A DNA stretch of 64,000 bases from Nitrososphaerales archaeon (GTDB lineage Archaea > Thermoproteota > Nitrososphaeria > Nitrososphaerales > UBA213), in the NCBI GenBank assembly GCA_965197925.1, contig CBDAOC010000016.1:32001-96000 (forward strand), in the 5' to 3' direction. Below are positions 8,906 through 20,514 of this stretch, one piece after another. Every line of letters starts with the position of its first letter. The first letter of the stretch is position 1. The position numbers and the translations under genes are program-made. The notes under the pieces were generated by a model. That model was not told the origin of the DNA. It searched no databases and saw only the letters and a list, made by a program, of their open reading frames with translations.

Positions 8906-10072
8906 ATGCCACTACGATACGTAACCGGAAACCTACTAAAAAGTGACGCCCAAGCTCTCATCAACACTGTAAACTGTATGGGTGTAATGGGGAAAGGTAT
9001 AGCAAAACAATTTAAAGACATGTACCCTGACAATTACAAGCGATACAAATACGCCTGTGATAAAAATCTAGTACAAACGGGTGCACTCTTTATAACACTA
9101 GATCACACATCTAACAAAACAATAATCAACCTGCCTACAAAACAAGATTGGAAAAATCCCAGCGAAATCGAATGGATTATCGAAGGACTTCGCGCATTGC
9201 GTGAATTTCTACAGAATATGAACATGTCCGTAGCACTCCCACCATTAGGATGTGGAAACGGCGGTCTCGATTGGGAAGCACAAGTACATCCACTCGTCAT
9301 AGAGATATTAGGAGATTTAACAATGGACATTCAAGTATACGCACCTCAACCAGTAGAACCTACTTCCGCCCCAAAAAATATCCAAGGACTTCGCGTACAA
9401 GTAACCGGTGGAAGAGAGTATAACGTTGTTTCTGCAATCAGACTTGCACTAGCAACCCTTAGCCCCGTTGAAATTATACATGGAGCTGCTCGCGGTGCCG
9501 ATACTCTCGCAGGACAGTACGGAGAAGCTATAGGAATCAAAGTTTCAAAGTTCCCTGCTGATTGGGACAAGCACGGCAAAGCTGCTGGAGCCATACGCAA
9601 CGAACAAATGTTGCTTGAATCTAAACCAGACGTAGTACTTGCATTCAACGGCAACAGTGGCACCGACCACATGAAAACCACTGCACATAAACACGGTTAC
9701 CCAGTAATACTATCAGATGACTATGGAAACCTACAGTTTGATACCCGAGTACATAACATGCGAAACACGAACAACCAATGTCCGACAGGTTTCGTACGTG
9801 TAGACAGAGGTACTAAGTGGGGCAATCCTAATAAAATCACCCTTGATACTCCAGAAGAACACGGACGAGTATTAGCACTATACGAAGATCGTATTAGAAG
9901 CATGATTGATTTCCATACAAACACTACCAATGAACTAGCAAAACTGGCCGGACGAACGCTAGCTTGCTGGTGCTATCCCAATTCATGCCATGCAAACATC
10001 ATCGCATACTACGCAAACTACTATGGCATGGCCGCACTACCAACTCCTGCAAGAATTCTAGGACTAGAATAA
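8906..10072 (+). CDS. DarG-type macrodomain + SLOG (DUF2493-like) + DUF4326-like fusion
   Basis: NTVNCMGVMGKGIA/PTKQDW/LGCGNGGLDW; VTGGR/HGAARGAD/AGAIRNEQM; RGTKWGNP/LACWCYP..CH. Confidence 0.85.
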   Translation: MPLRYVTGNLLKSDAQALINTVNCMGVMGKGIAKQFKDMYPDNYKRYKYACDKNLVQTGALFITLDHTSNKTIINLPTKQDWKNPSEIEWIIEGLRALREFLQNMNMSVALPPLGCGNGGLDWEAQVHPLVIEILGDLTMDIQVYAPQPVEPTSAPKNIQGLRVQVTGGREYNVVSAIRLALATLSPVEIIHGAARGADTLAGQYGEAIGIKVSKFPADWDKHGKAAGAIRNEQMLLESKPDVVLAFNGNSGTDHMKTTAHKHGYPVILSDDYGNLQFDTRVHNMRNTNNQCPTGFVRVDRGTKWGNPNKITLDTPEEHGRVLALYEDRIRSMIDFHTNTTNELAKLAGRTLACWCYPNSCHANIIAYYANYYGMAALPTPARILGLE

Positions 10073-10334
10073 ATGGCAAAAGTTACCTATGGTATAAGTG
10101 GGTACAAAGTACCAACGAAACCATACACACGACACACATGGCCTACCATACTTAACCCACACCATAAAGGTAGAGGTAAAATGGGAGACGGCCTATCTCA
10201 CAGCAAAATACACAGTAATTGTGTAGTACGAGCAGAACTGCTGCAAGCCCAAATAAACAGACTTGAAGATAGAATAGCTAAGATGGAAGCGCACTTAGCA
10301 TTGTACACACCATTACGATAAACAACCAAGGAGC

Positions 10335-13187
10335 ATGATGAACCAGTTCAATGCACCCGCATCGAATTACCCCGTCAAAGAATCGCTTGGCCCTTTTAAC
10401 GAAGCACAGCTTAAGCAACAATTCATTGACAACACCTCCCTCTCCTCAATCATTGAACCAACGGGCATCTACTCCTCCAGTGGATACGTTGAGTGGAAAA
10501 GATCTCCACTCAACTCCCTAACCTTTCTCGTAGGAAACGAATTTGGATTCAATGACTCAGCAATTGTCCATTGGGAACTAGGAACCGACGAACGTGGTAA
10601 CATCTCCATTGATCACACGATGGAAATGATCGCCCGATTTAATCGTACCTTCGACTATAAAAGCTACGCATTCCGTTGGCCCAACAGTGGCATAACTGAA
10701 TGTTTATTCCGAGGCAACACCCACTCTCTTAGAGAGCCATTACACGAAGCTTTGGGACTTAAATTTGACTACCGTAAAAAGGTTGGCAAAGGTAAGAAAA
10801 GGATGCACATCTTTGGACTATCTCAAGGTGCGTTCCTAAACAACCAACCAAGTAGTGGAAGAGAAGTACATCTCAGTCCCGATTGCACGCTCACATGGGC
10901 ACTCGAACCCGCAGCCCTCAATGATACCAACGACGGCGGTGGTTCTTGCACCAAGAGTGGACTGAAGAAGATACTGGACAACAGCAACATTCCTTACACG
11001 AATGAAAGCTTCAAGAAAATAGACAGCGTACAACTAGTAATTGTTACTGCTGAACATATCATCAAAGGAATCTTTGTCGTAGTAGATGACAATGTCATCC
11101 CAAACAACATTGATCTACTGGTACCTGAACCTTCGCTAGTATATGAACTAGTTAGTGACAAGTATACTATGGGAAAGGTCAACCTAATCAACCGTAAGAA
11201 GAACAAGAACTGGGTAACGATGGAACCACTCCAAGTAGTACCTAACTTCCTGAACTTCACCGATCACAATGAAGTTGCACATGAAATACATCGGGCATCC
11301 TTACAAGCTGAGACCGATATATACAATGAAATCATAGCTGGAAAATCTCTGTTGGAGCATTATGATCAAATCGTAGACGACAGAACTGTACTTCCATACG
11401 CCTTCGAACTAGATGAACTCCACAATCTGGAAGACATGGAGTTATCCGAAGAGATGAGAGCATTTGTAAAAGCCTCTGCACAGGCTGGCAACAACTCACC
11501 ATATGCCAACACCGTGTTGATGGAACAAACAATGTCTGGCACCTATAGGCACATCCAGAAGCTGATCAAGCATTGGAAAGGTTTGCCTGGAATTATTATC
11601 AGTGGTGGTAGACACTACATAACGTACGCACCGCACGCCGGTGTAGCAGACCCACCTTTGGGCTATCTAGGAATCATATACTGGGACGACAAATGTGACA
11701 CATGTGGAAGCAAAACGTGTCACAACCACTTTGAGAGAGATATACGCCGTATATCAATCAACCCAGAAGACTGCGATGCCCACACTCGTGACCTACTAGA
11801 CGGATTTGACATGGATGATTCGTGCTTCTGGGCACTACTACGCAGGCCCGACGGTCAGCTAGTAGCTTGGATTGGACGCAACCCTATGTCTCCCGACAGA
11901 GGACTCATACTTACTATCATGCAACAGGATGAAAACATCCTAATGCGCAGAGGATACAAAGCCCTAACCCAGACAGGTGAATGGAAAATACCTGATCTCT
12001 GGAAGATAGAAGAAACCTTAAAACTTGGTGAATTGAAAGATATTCCCGAGTGGACTTGGGACGACAAAGCCGACCTCGAAACTTGCTTCACTTTGTCCAG
12101 TAAAACAGGTGGCCTCGGCCAACTGGCACTGTACACTAGTGCATTTCAATACACCGGACAGTGGGATGTAAATAGACACCACATTCTTAACTCCAATGTA
12201 GTAGATGCACAAGTAAATGCTGATGCAGACGTAGAATGGACTGTTCAAGTAATGCACAAAGACTTCATAACCACTTTCGTAGAGGAAAAGAAGTTAATGA
12301 GCAAGTATATTGCTACCCGTATGGAACGCATGTTTGCGGCCACCGGTATAAGCAAGGATGCCTTCGTCTACGGCAACTCCCCTCGCTTGGATGCAATGGC
12401 TGCCAGTTTACAGATTACAGACACTGATCTGTATAATCGTGACGAAATCCGTAAACTGCTATCCAATGGCACAGCCTCACGATTGACCATGCAATTGAAC
12501 GAGAACATAGTCACGATAGTTCTCACGCTTGCGAAACAAGTGCGCCACCTATGGACTACACACTTCGCACTCATCAATGAGTACGATGCAGCCCTTGCAT
12601 GTGGTGACATTGACGAAGAACTGCACGATACCTTCGTCACCAACTCAAGAAAAGAAGTAGCCAGAGTAGTAAAGGTACTAATACAGACTACTTACACCCG
12701 TGCCCTCGAACTCCCTGACTATAATGTTGGTGAATTCGCCGCAGCTTGGATGCAGATTCAAGCTAGTAAAGCAACTCGCTTCCGTGTCTTCGAAGACCAG
12801 AAGTTTGCTAGGCCTATATCTGCAACCCCACTAATCAATCTACCAGTAGAAGAGATCTTAACCTGCTTTTACAGCACGTACACTCAACCTACTTGGATCA
12901 CTAGGATGGTCGGAAACGATTTCCTTATCCCAGGTGGTGTATATAGTGTAGAACAAGATGAAACAGGTATCATATACCTACTCGATGGTGACAAAAACAT
13001 CGCTGGAACTTTGCTTCCAGAATCCGATCCCATAGTTGGTCAAGTAGTACAATACGTAGCCAACATACCTCGTCATCACAACTGGACTGATGGTAGCACT
13101 GAAAACTGGGACGCCAGAGAGAACTGTGGTGTATTTAACATAAACCACACCATCTGGCAAGAAAAGAATACAGAAATAGCGGGGTAA
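10335..13187 (+). CDS. 950-aa protein, candidate divergent single-chain two-barrel (YonO/RdRP-like) RNA polymerase
   Basis: DGGG, Q...IKG, LDGFDMDD and GRNP motifs; AAGGAG RBS. The ORF is secure; the function is inferred. Confidence 0.5.
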   Translation: MMNQFNAPASNYPVKESLGPFNEAQLKQQFIDNTSLSSIIEPTGIYSSSGYVEWKRSPLNSLTFLVGNEFGFNDSAIVHWELGTDERGNISIDHTMEMIARFNRTFDYKSYAFRWPNSGITECLFRGNTHSLREPLHEALGLKFDYRKKVGKGKKRMHIFGLSQGAFLNNQPSSGREVHLSPDCTLTWALEPAALNDTNDGGGSCTKSGLKKILDNSNIPYTNESFKKIDSVQLVIVTAEHIIKGIFVVVDDNVIPNNIDLLVPEPSLVYELVSDKYTMGKVNLINRKKNKNWVTMEPLQVVPNFLNFTDHNEVAHEIHRASLQAETDIYNEIIAGKSLLEHYDQIVDDRTVLPYAFELDELHNLEDMELSEEMRAFVKASAQAGNNSPYANTVLMEQTMSGTYRHIQKLIKHWKGLPGIIISGGRHYITYAPHAGVADPPLGYLGIIYWDDKCDTCGSKTCHNHFERDIRRISINPEDCDAHTRDLLDGFDMDDSCFWALLRRPDGQLVAWIGRNPMSPDRGLILTIMQQDENILMRRGYKALTQTGEWKIPDLWKIEETLKLGELKDIPEWTWDDKADLETCFTLSSKTGGLGQLALYTSAFQYTGQWDVNRHHILNSNVVDAQVNADADVEWTVQVMHKDFITTFVEEKKLMSKYIATRMERMFAATGISKDAFVYGNSPRLDAMAASLQITDTDLYNRDEIRKLLSNGTASRLTMQLNENIVTIVLTLAKQVRHLWTTHFALINEYDAALACGDIDEELHDTFVTNSRKEVARVVKVLIQTTYTRALELPDYNVGEFAAAWMQIQASKATRFRVFEDQKFARPISATPLINLPVEEILTCFYSTYTQPTWITRMVGNDFLIPGGVYSVEQDETGIIYLLDGDKNIAGTLLPESDPIVGQVVQYVANIPRHHNWTDGSTENWDARENCGVFNINHTIWQEKNTEIAG

Positions 13188-13211
13188 CAACCCCGCTATT
13201 GGACAATACAA

Positions 13212-13709
13212 ATGCCTTCAAAATTACCACAATCAATTGTACCTACAACGCCAAACGATACAAACATATTCAGAACAGAACTGCTTAATGCAGATCTATC
13301 TAAAAAGCAAAAGTCAACTCTAATCCACTTGATTGACATACACCCACAAATATTCCCTAGTACCTTACAGAAGTGTTTAAGTATACGACTAAACGTAGAC
13401 ACACTAAAACCTTATGCTCAATATAGACTACACAACAAACATAGAAAGTCATTAAGCACACACTATGACTCTGTTGAAATCATTGTACCATTGGACACAC
13501 CACCTAAGAGTACTGTAACATTAATCGGTGTACAACGGCCATACCATACGCCTAACACTCTAATACAAGATGTGGACAACGTTGACATGGCTTTCAATGC
13601 TACAAAAATAGAATCATGGCACACAATAATGGACAAACTACGTCCTATGCTTGTACATAATATAGACACACATAGAATGTATACACAGTACTACGATGCC
13701 TTCAGATAA
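13212..13709 (+). CDS. hypothetical protein
   Basis: 165-aa ORF within the operon. Confidence 0.6.
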   Translation: MPSKLPQSIVPTTPNDTNIFRTELLNADLSKKQKSTLIHLIDIHPQIFPSTLQKCLSIRLNVDTLKPYAQYRLHNKHRKSLSTHYDSVEIIVPLDTPPKSTVTLIGVQRPYHTPNTLIQDVDNVDMAFNATKIESWHTIMDKLRPMLVHNIDTHRMYTQYYDAFR

Positions 13710-14799
13710 TAGTGAACACTACAACAGACCACCAATAATTGTCGACAAAGAACAAAATAGACTTATAATACGCGCATCACAAGCCACATCTTGCCGAAGA
13801 CAACTGGCATACTATGCTCGCAACGAACCCATAACAAACCCACCAGATAACATCGCCATAAATAGAATGTTAGCTGGCACATACCTTGAAGCAGTTGCAG
13901 TAGACTACTTAAAACGCACAGAGTGGACAGATGTTAACTCATTCACAGACGATTACGCCTTTCCACCTAGACTTAATATAAAGTTAACCGATAACATATT
14001 TATCACCGGCACCCCAGACGCACACGGTTCGCACGAAATGATCACAGATGGCAAACTAAGTGTCCTTGAAATAAAAACACGAGGTAACGCTGCTTGGTCA
14101 CAAATGCAAAAGCTCGGTACAATGGGCGCATTCCCATCAGCCGTAGCACAACTAGCCTTATATCGCAAAGGCCTACTAGACTATCAAACAAAGAAAAATG
14201 AGTACTTAATAGATACAGATTCAACAGGTGTCATTGTAACTATGAATACAGACACCAAAGAAGTACGAATGTTCACAGCATCTGATATGAATCTAGAAAA
14301 TTCTCTAGCTGATATAACTGCTAAACTAACTCCACTATCTCTTCTACTACTAAACAATGAGACAAAAGGAACCCTTCCAGCGAAAGATTACGCTCCTACG
14401 TCATGGCAGTGTAGGTACTGCCCATTTTTTACAGTATGCACAGACACAAAAACCACAGACGACACAGATAAAGACACACCTAAAAAACCTAAGAAAGTAG
14501 GTAAACTAGAAGCACTGAACGCACTCCACAACTATGAAACTGCAAACGCAACAGTAGTAGATAATAAAGGCGCTGAAGCTGATAAAAAGGAAGCTCGTGG
14601 AGCATTACTTGACTACTTAAAAGGAGAGGAGACTAAACAAACCGAATTAATAGGTAAATCAGGTCTTAGTCGTAACATTAAAATCACTACACGTGAAACC
14701 ACACAGGTCGATCTGGAGCAGCTCGGCCAAATACTTTCCATGGAACAATACAAAAACATAGTAACCAAGAAAGTAACAGAAAGCGTATCCATACGCTAA
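13696..14799 (+). CDS. Cas4-like / PD-(D/E)xK exonuclease
   Basis: SCRRQ, GTPD, LEIKT, QLALY, CRYCPFFTVC (Fe-S-type Cys pattern). Confidence 0.85.
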   Translation: MPSDNSEHYNRPPIIVDKEQNRLIIRASQATSCRRQLAYYARNEPITNPPDNIAINRMLAGTYLEAVAVDYLKRTEWTDVNSFTDDYAFPPRLNIKLTDNIFITGTPDAHGSHEMITDGKLSVLEIKTRGNAAWSQMQKLGTMGAFPSAVAQLALYRKGLLDYQTKKNEYLIDTDSTGVIVTMNTDTKEVRMFTASDMNLENSLADITAKLTPLSLLLLNNETKGTLPAKDYAPTSWQCRYCPFFTVCTDTKTTDDTDKDTPKKPKKVGKLEALNALHNYETANATVVDNKGAEADKKEARGALLDYLKGEETKQTELIGKSGLSRNIKITTRETTQVDLEQLGQILSMEQYKNIVTKKVTESVSIR

Positions 14800-14852
14800 G
14801 TAGATTAAAAGAAACATAGACACAAAATAGCAAAGAACAGGAGTTCAAATAT

Positions 14853-16208
14853 ATGTCAATGCAACCCTACCAGCAAAACGCACAGGCCACCCCAGAACAA
14901 CAGGCCTATGCTCTATCCTTGAATACCGCACCCGTTACGCCTCTGCCTGTACCGGACCAACTCATGACGCTTGTAGATCCGCCTACGGCCTTCCCCGTAT
15001 CAGTAGATCAGGAATTAACGCAACAGCTCAAGAGGTATGCCGACCCCAACATGTTCCAAAGGCTGCTCAACAACCTCGGCCCCGACAACACTGGAGTTAA
15101 CTTCATTCGACGTTTGTCTGTAGTTGCAGGTGGTGCCCCTATGTTCCAGGAACCTCGCACATCCAGTGGTCAGCAAGGTGCAATGCACCAAGAAATCATT
15201 GCTGTCATGCCTCTCATTCAGCAGACCCGTCGTCGCTTTACCGCACAGTTTGGTACTCAGGGTGCCGACCGCATTCCCGACTGTACTGCTGTAAATGTAA
15301 CGCCCAACCGAGTCAATAACGTTGGCTTCGGTAATCCCGGTGGACTCTGTGCAGTATGCCCCCATGATGCTTTCGTAGAAGGTATCGGAAGAGGATGCCG
15401 TGAACGCCACGCCGTCTTCGCCCTCGCTAAGGGCAATCCGTTCCCATACTACCTAGACCTAAGTGTCTATAGCAACAGGCCCATCATGGAAATGCTCACC
15501 AACCTATCTATTGCCTCCAACGTTGACTACTGGCAGGTCGTCATGAGGATTACCCTTGGAAGCACGCCCACTCGTGCCGGACAGCCTGTATCAATCTTCA
15601 AGGCTGAACCTATCGGAGTCATTGACAGCTCAGACCCCGAAGTGTGCGCTGGCATTGAAAACCTTCGTAAAATCTGCCATATGGTACTCGCAGACTTTGC
15701 CAAGCTAGTATCTGCTAGCAAGACTATCAGATTGCACGAGATCACCGACCCCAATGTGATCGACAGCACGCTTGTCAACTCTAGCCAGAACATGCCTCTC
15801 CCGCCTAGCATGGCAGACCAGGCTCCCACACAGCAGGAAGACATGGCACGCTTAGGCATGCCCGCTCCGCCTCAGCCTGGCGCCAACGCACAGGTTCAAG
15901 TGCAGCAACCGCAACAAATATTCCATCAGCAGAACCCCGCTGCTCCCGTTCCGTGGGCTCCTGATGCACAGCCACCGCAACAGATGCCTCCACAAATGGT
16001 ACAGCAGCAGCCCGCTGCACCCCAGCCACCCCAAATGCCTGCTCCCATGACCACTACTGCTCCCCAGCCGTATTTCGACTTCCAGCAGGCAGCACCCGAC
16101 ACTCAGTACGACCCGGACACCGATGAGTTCATACATATGATCAATGATCTACCCGTAGACAACACCCAACCTATTCCCGGCGTAACTGAGCAAAACGGCG
16201 AATTTTAA
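14853..16208 (+). CDS. Cys-motif phage protein with P/Q-rich tail; possible ssDNA-binding/annealing protein
   Basis: PDC...CAVCPH...GRGCRE; follows the exonuclease; acidic C-terminus ending in F. Confidence 0.5.
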   Translation: MSMQPYQQNAQATPEQQAYALSLNTAPVTPLPVPDQLMTLVDPPTAFPVSVDQELTQQLKRYADPNMFQRLLNNLGPDNTGVNFIRRLSVVAGGAPMFQEPRTSSGQQGAMHQEIIAVMPLIQQTRRRFTAQFGTQGADRIPDCTAVNVTPNRVNNVGFGNPGGLCAVCPHDAFVEGIGRGCRERHAVFALAKGNPFPYYLDLSVYSNRPIMEMLTNLSIASNVDYWQVVMRITLGSTPTRAGQPVSIFKAEPIGVIDSSDPEVCAGIENLRKICHMVLADFAKLVSASKTIRLHEITDPNVIDSTLVNSSQNMPLPPSMADQAPTQQEDMARLGMPAPPQPGANAQVQVQQPQQIFHQQNPAAPVPWAPDAQPPQQMPPQMVQQQPAAPQPPQMPAPMTTTAPQPYFDFQQAAPDTQYDPDTDEFIHMINDLPVDNTQPIPGVTEQNGEF

Positions 16209-16216
16209 CCAACGAT

Positions 16217-16250
16217 AGATATGCAGAGGTGACTCCGCCTCTGCATATCT
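16217..16250 (+). terminator. hairpin terminator
   Basis: AGATATGCAGAGG/CCTCTGCATATCT. Confidence 0.7.
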
Positions 16251-16650
16251 TACACCACAGATAAAGGAGCACCAATGAAAGGATTATTAGGATTACTTTA
16301 CAAACTAAAGTATCAGACAAAAGAATTCATACCTAATTCACTACACTCTTGCACAGATGAGCAACGTGACATAATACTACACTCCATCAGTGAGATAAAC
16401 GTCGCAATAAATGATCTAGACTTCTACATACACAACAGATTAGCCCTAGTATTAGAAACTGAACCCATCATTACTCAAATCGAAGTATTGCGTCAAAAAT
16501 TAATAGAAAACGGTATGAATCCACAACGAGTTGAAATGAACGAGACAGACTTCAATAGAATAATAAATCTATTCACTCAACAACTCGAACAACCACACAA
16601 TGCCGAGTATTTTCTACAAATACTACACTACACTATAAATCTATGGATAC

Positions 16651-17139
16651 ATGAGCAGGATATTCAACGAGACTCTTTGGCAACTAGCTAAAGATGTACT
16701 ACTAGACAGAGAATACTATGAGATGCATCTTCTAAAACAAGATGACCTACTAGTATACGAATGCTCTGACTGCGGGTACATACACAAACGAGAATCAAAA
16801 GAGACTGCACTCCCTAAAGTATGTACAGCATGCTTAGGTTTGACAAACGAACTAGGCACCACAGAGAAAGAAGATAAAGTTTGGTATCTACTAAACAACT
16901 TTGCAGCAATGAAATCAGAAATAATGTCTGATTACTCACTCGAATTAGATCTCCTTCATCCTATATGTGACTGCCCCGAAGTTAACGAAGAGATAGATGA
17001 CTCCAATGCAGTATATTACACAGGCTGTGCTTACACAATTGAAGACTTTGAAGAAGTAGTACCATTGTGCCCCGTATGTAACGGATGCATATTTTGTCGA
17101 TACGATGCCGAGAGCGCAGATGCCTATTACACAGACTAA
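16651..17139 (+). CDS. multi-CxxC zinc-ribbon protein
   Basis: CSDC, CTAC, CPVCNGCIFC. Confidence 0.6.
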   Translation: MSRIFNETLWQLAKDVLLDREYYEMHLLKQDDLLVYECSDCGYIHKRESKETALPKVCTACLGLTNELGTTEKEDKVWYLLNNFAAMKSEIMSDYSLELDLLHPICDCPEVNEEIDDSNAVYYTGCAYTIEDFEEVVPLCPVCNGCIFCRYDAESADAYYTD

Positions 17140-18799
17140 GCCAACATTATCACCAGCCAACAAAAAAATACTAAAACAAGTAGAACAAATAGCTGATCAA
17201 ACAATAACAACAACACTACAAGCAAAATTTAACAAAGCTCAAGAAAGTAAAAGTCACACCTACTTGTACTTTTACAAGTCACCAAAAGTGACAGCAAGAT
17301 CAGTACTATTTAAGAAGAATCAATCTCTAGACGATTTACTACTAGCATTACATGTAGACGGAACTGTTGTATACAAGAACACCACCGCTATAAAAAATGC
17401 ACACAATCAAATTATACAAGCCATAAAAGATGAACTGATAGAACAGATACCCACAACAGTTCACAATGAAATACGTGGCGGACTAACACTTCTACAAGCT
17501 ATAAATACTCTCCTAGAGTCCAAAGCTATAGAAATGATAGGTACAGTAAAAGAGATGACAACATACATAAATAAATATTACGAAGACAATAGTGACCTAG
17601 AGCTACTAAAAACTCTTCGTAAAATACACGCTTCTAACCTAAAGGGACAACAATATATAGTCGCTGCGGTTACAAAGCCTGTAATAGTTGAAATGTCACA
17701 GAAACCTTCCAACAAGATACCACTATTAGCGTATCTAACTGGACGATTGACAACAATCCAACCGTCGTTGTTAAAAAAAGACACTATCATAAAACACCCC
17801 GGCCAAATAATTCAGGCTGTAAAAAGTGAGTATGTCATAGAAAACAAACATTGGAAAAACTTCCTAAGCATGACACCCTCAGTCTTAAACTACGACAATA
17901 GCTACATCTCCGTACTATTACACATAGGGCAGAACAAACCCTCATCTAGTGTCACAAAGTTACTACAAAACACTGTACTACCAAGTCTAATGGGCAGCGT
18001 ACGTACTGCAATACATAACTCAAATACCAATGACACACTAACTCCCGACGAGAAAAAACAAGACTTACTTAGACTTCAGAAGAACTACGAAGCACTATGC
18101 GCTTTACCATCTGTTGTACACAGTACCAAAAGCACGGATTTCCACAACTTCCAATATGAATTACAGGATACCATAGACTACCTTCGTGCACGACACAGAG
18201 AAACCGGAACATACCCACGCCACTACACTTGGAACTCATATATCAAGCATACAAGAGAATGGCACCACGCTGTACGAAGAGAACAGGCCATCCGTAGCGC
18301 GGGTAACAAACTATACAATTGGAACACTCTTATACCTTCATGTGACATAGATGACTACAACGTAAAGGCACTTATAGACAGTGCTGCACTTGTAGCTGAA
18401 GGCGGAACAATGCACCATTGTGTAGGTGGATACTGGCGCAGTGCTATAGATAGTGACTACAGACTATTCCACATTGAACATAAGGAAAACCCTAAAGATG
18501 TAGGAACACTTTGCCTAGCACCAAACAGACGTGGTAACGATAGTATATCCATGAATCAACTACGCGGCCCTTACAACTCCAACGTATCAGAAGAACTACA
18601 AAAAGTAGCTAACAAAGTACTGAGACGTTACCAAAGTATGTACAGACGCACAGAGGATCGACTACGCGTATGGAACCAGACAGTAGATTACCTAACAGAT
18701 GAGATAATAAAGACCACAGGTTTTCCGGATGAAGATGTAACTAAGCAAGAGGAAGAGATAGACCTAGAAGCCCTAGACCAAGAAGAAAACGAACTATAA
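17105..18799 (+). CDS. PcfJ-like domain protein
   Basis: WH...LVAEGGTMHHCVGGY...QLRGPYN. Confidence 0.75.
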   Translation: MPRAQMPITQTKPTLSPANKKILKQVEQIADQTITTTLQAKFNKAQESKSHTYLYFYKSPKVTARSVLFKKNQSLDDLLLALHVDGTVVYKNTTAIKNAHNQIIQAIKDELIEQIPTTVHNEIRGGLTLLQAINTLLESKAIEMIGTVKEMTTYINKYYEDNSDLELLKTLRKIHASNLKGQQYIVAAVTKPVIVEMSQKPSNKIPLLAYLTGRLTTIQPSLLKKDTIIKHPGQIIQAVKSEYVIENKHWKNFLSMTPSVLNYDNSYISVLLHIGQNKPSSSVTKLLQNTVLPSLMGSVRTAIHNSNTNDTLTPDEKKQDLLRLQKNYEALCALPSVVHSTKSTDFHNFQYELQDTIDYLRARHRETGTYPRHYTWNSYIKHTREWHHAVRREQAIRSAGNKLYNWNTLIPSCDIDDYNVKALIDSAALVAEGGTMHHCVGGYWRSAIDSDYRLFHIEHKENPKDVGTLCLAPNRRGNDSISMNQLRGPYNSNVSEELQKVANKVLRRYQSMYRRTEDRLRVWNQTVDYLTDEIIKTTGFPDEDVTKQEEEIDLEALDQEENEL

Positions 18800-19998
18800 T
18801 GACAACACCTACGACAGCAGAAGCTACTACCGTAGCCACTGAAACACAATATCAATACTTTAAAGCAGTGACCCCCGAATCAGTAGTCAATACAAAAACC
18901 AGGTTTGACAAGAACAAGATCGAGTGGGTAGAAGACATAACCTATAGAAATACAGGTAATCACGCATTCTTCTTAAAGATACCAATAGAACAAACTACAA
19001 AACCTGCCGGATGCAAACGTATGTATTTCGTAAAACATTACCCAGGCCCTCAAGAAGAATTTATTGCTGATACTGACGCTGCCATGTTCTACACTATGGT
19101 ATACCCTAGATATGAACATATAGCACATAAAATTACACAAGACAAGACTTCTATATTACCCTGGAATAGACTTGACGAAACAGCTAAACAGAACTTCACC
19201 CGCATATGGGGTAAAATAATTCTGAGCAACATATATACCGTAGCTCAGTGGAAGTTCAACAGTAACGACCGACGCAAAATAAACGATCTATATACACGTC
19301 CTTCGATAACTTCTATAGGCACTCAAGAGCAAGAGAATATAGCACAGTTTATGTGCCAAGAAGATAAGGACACACCTAGTAGAGCAACTATAATAATAAG
19401 TTGTGATACAAGAGATGTGCAAGCAATAACCTCTGCCCTATCATTTGAATCACCCACCATATATACTTTAGACGAAAATAATAATGTTCAATAATCTAAC
19501 ACCAGAAACGGCCCAAAAAATAGTTACAGGTATCAAAGGTAATCTAACAGCCACAGATATTGATAGAGTTCTACATAACCCAATGAACACTTCCCGTAAC
19601 GCCTCATTATTCGGCTTTCATCCCGAAGCTCCAGCACATGTACGCGATCTAGCATATGAGATAGAACTAGTACGACAAAAGCGTGAAGAATCTATACAAA
19701 AGTTAGAGCAAATCCCTAGCACCGTCCCTCCAAAAGGTACCCTTGGACTTACCAAACCTAGCAAAGCTATAAATAGAAACAACGTACAATTAGTTGTAGA
19801 TGCAATTGAATCAGGTGTACAATTTATACGTATAAATTATGCTCTAGATTTAAATCAAACTAATGGCATAACACGACTAGGTAAAGAAGGTAAGCATCCC
19901 AACGCTAGTATGGTTTTGAAACAAATTGCAAGAGCAATGGACAACAGACAAGACAAGAAAGCGTCTACCAAAAAATTGCTAGCCGTAGTAACAACATA

Positions 19999-20514
19999 AT
20001 GAATGCAACACTAACCAGATGGATAGATGCACTTCATAAACAAGAACTATTTTCTTCCGATTGGTTATGTGTAATAGAAAACGGTACATCTACATTTTGC
20101 CCACTAGGAGTACTTTGTGACATAAGCAACCTAGGACGATGGGTAAAAGTAGATAAACCTATGATAACAGGACTCACAGCATCTGATGCTGCGTATCCAT
20201 GGACATATATACCAACAGATATAATAGACATAGACACAAAGACGCTGTATGGAACAACCCTACTGCCAAAAGAAGTTCAACAATTAGTACAGTTCAGTAC
20301 AGCAACAGGTATATTTAAAGTAAGTGAAATCAGTGCACCAACAAGAACCTTATTGGTTTCCAAACTTAAAAGAGTACCTGAATTTCTATCTATAGTTGAA
20401 ATATCCTCACTATGCACACGGCTAGAAATACCCATAGTGATAGAAAGCATACTAAACACCGATCCACCATCACTACACAATCCATTCCCTTCTCATGCCA
20501 CTACAACAGAATAG
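19999..20514 (+). CDS. phage hypothetical protein (C.LGV.C family)
   Basis: WIDAL...FCPLGVLC; paralogs at 20495, 29967 and 31257. Confidence 0.6.
   Translation: MNATLTRWIDALHKQELFSSDWLCVIENGTSTFCPLGVLCDISNLGRWVKVDKPMITGLTASDAAYPWTYIPTDIIDIDTKTLYGTTLLPKEVQQLVQFSTATGIFKVSEISAPTRTLLVSKLKRVPEFLSIVEISSLCTRLEIPIVIESILNTDPPSLHNPFPSHATTTE

Noticed and set aside
13696..14799. CRISPR-Cas system suggested by the Cas4-like gene
   Set aside because: No repeat-spacer array or other cas genes seen; solo Cas4-like exonucleases are common in phage replication modules
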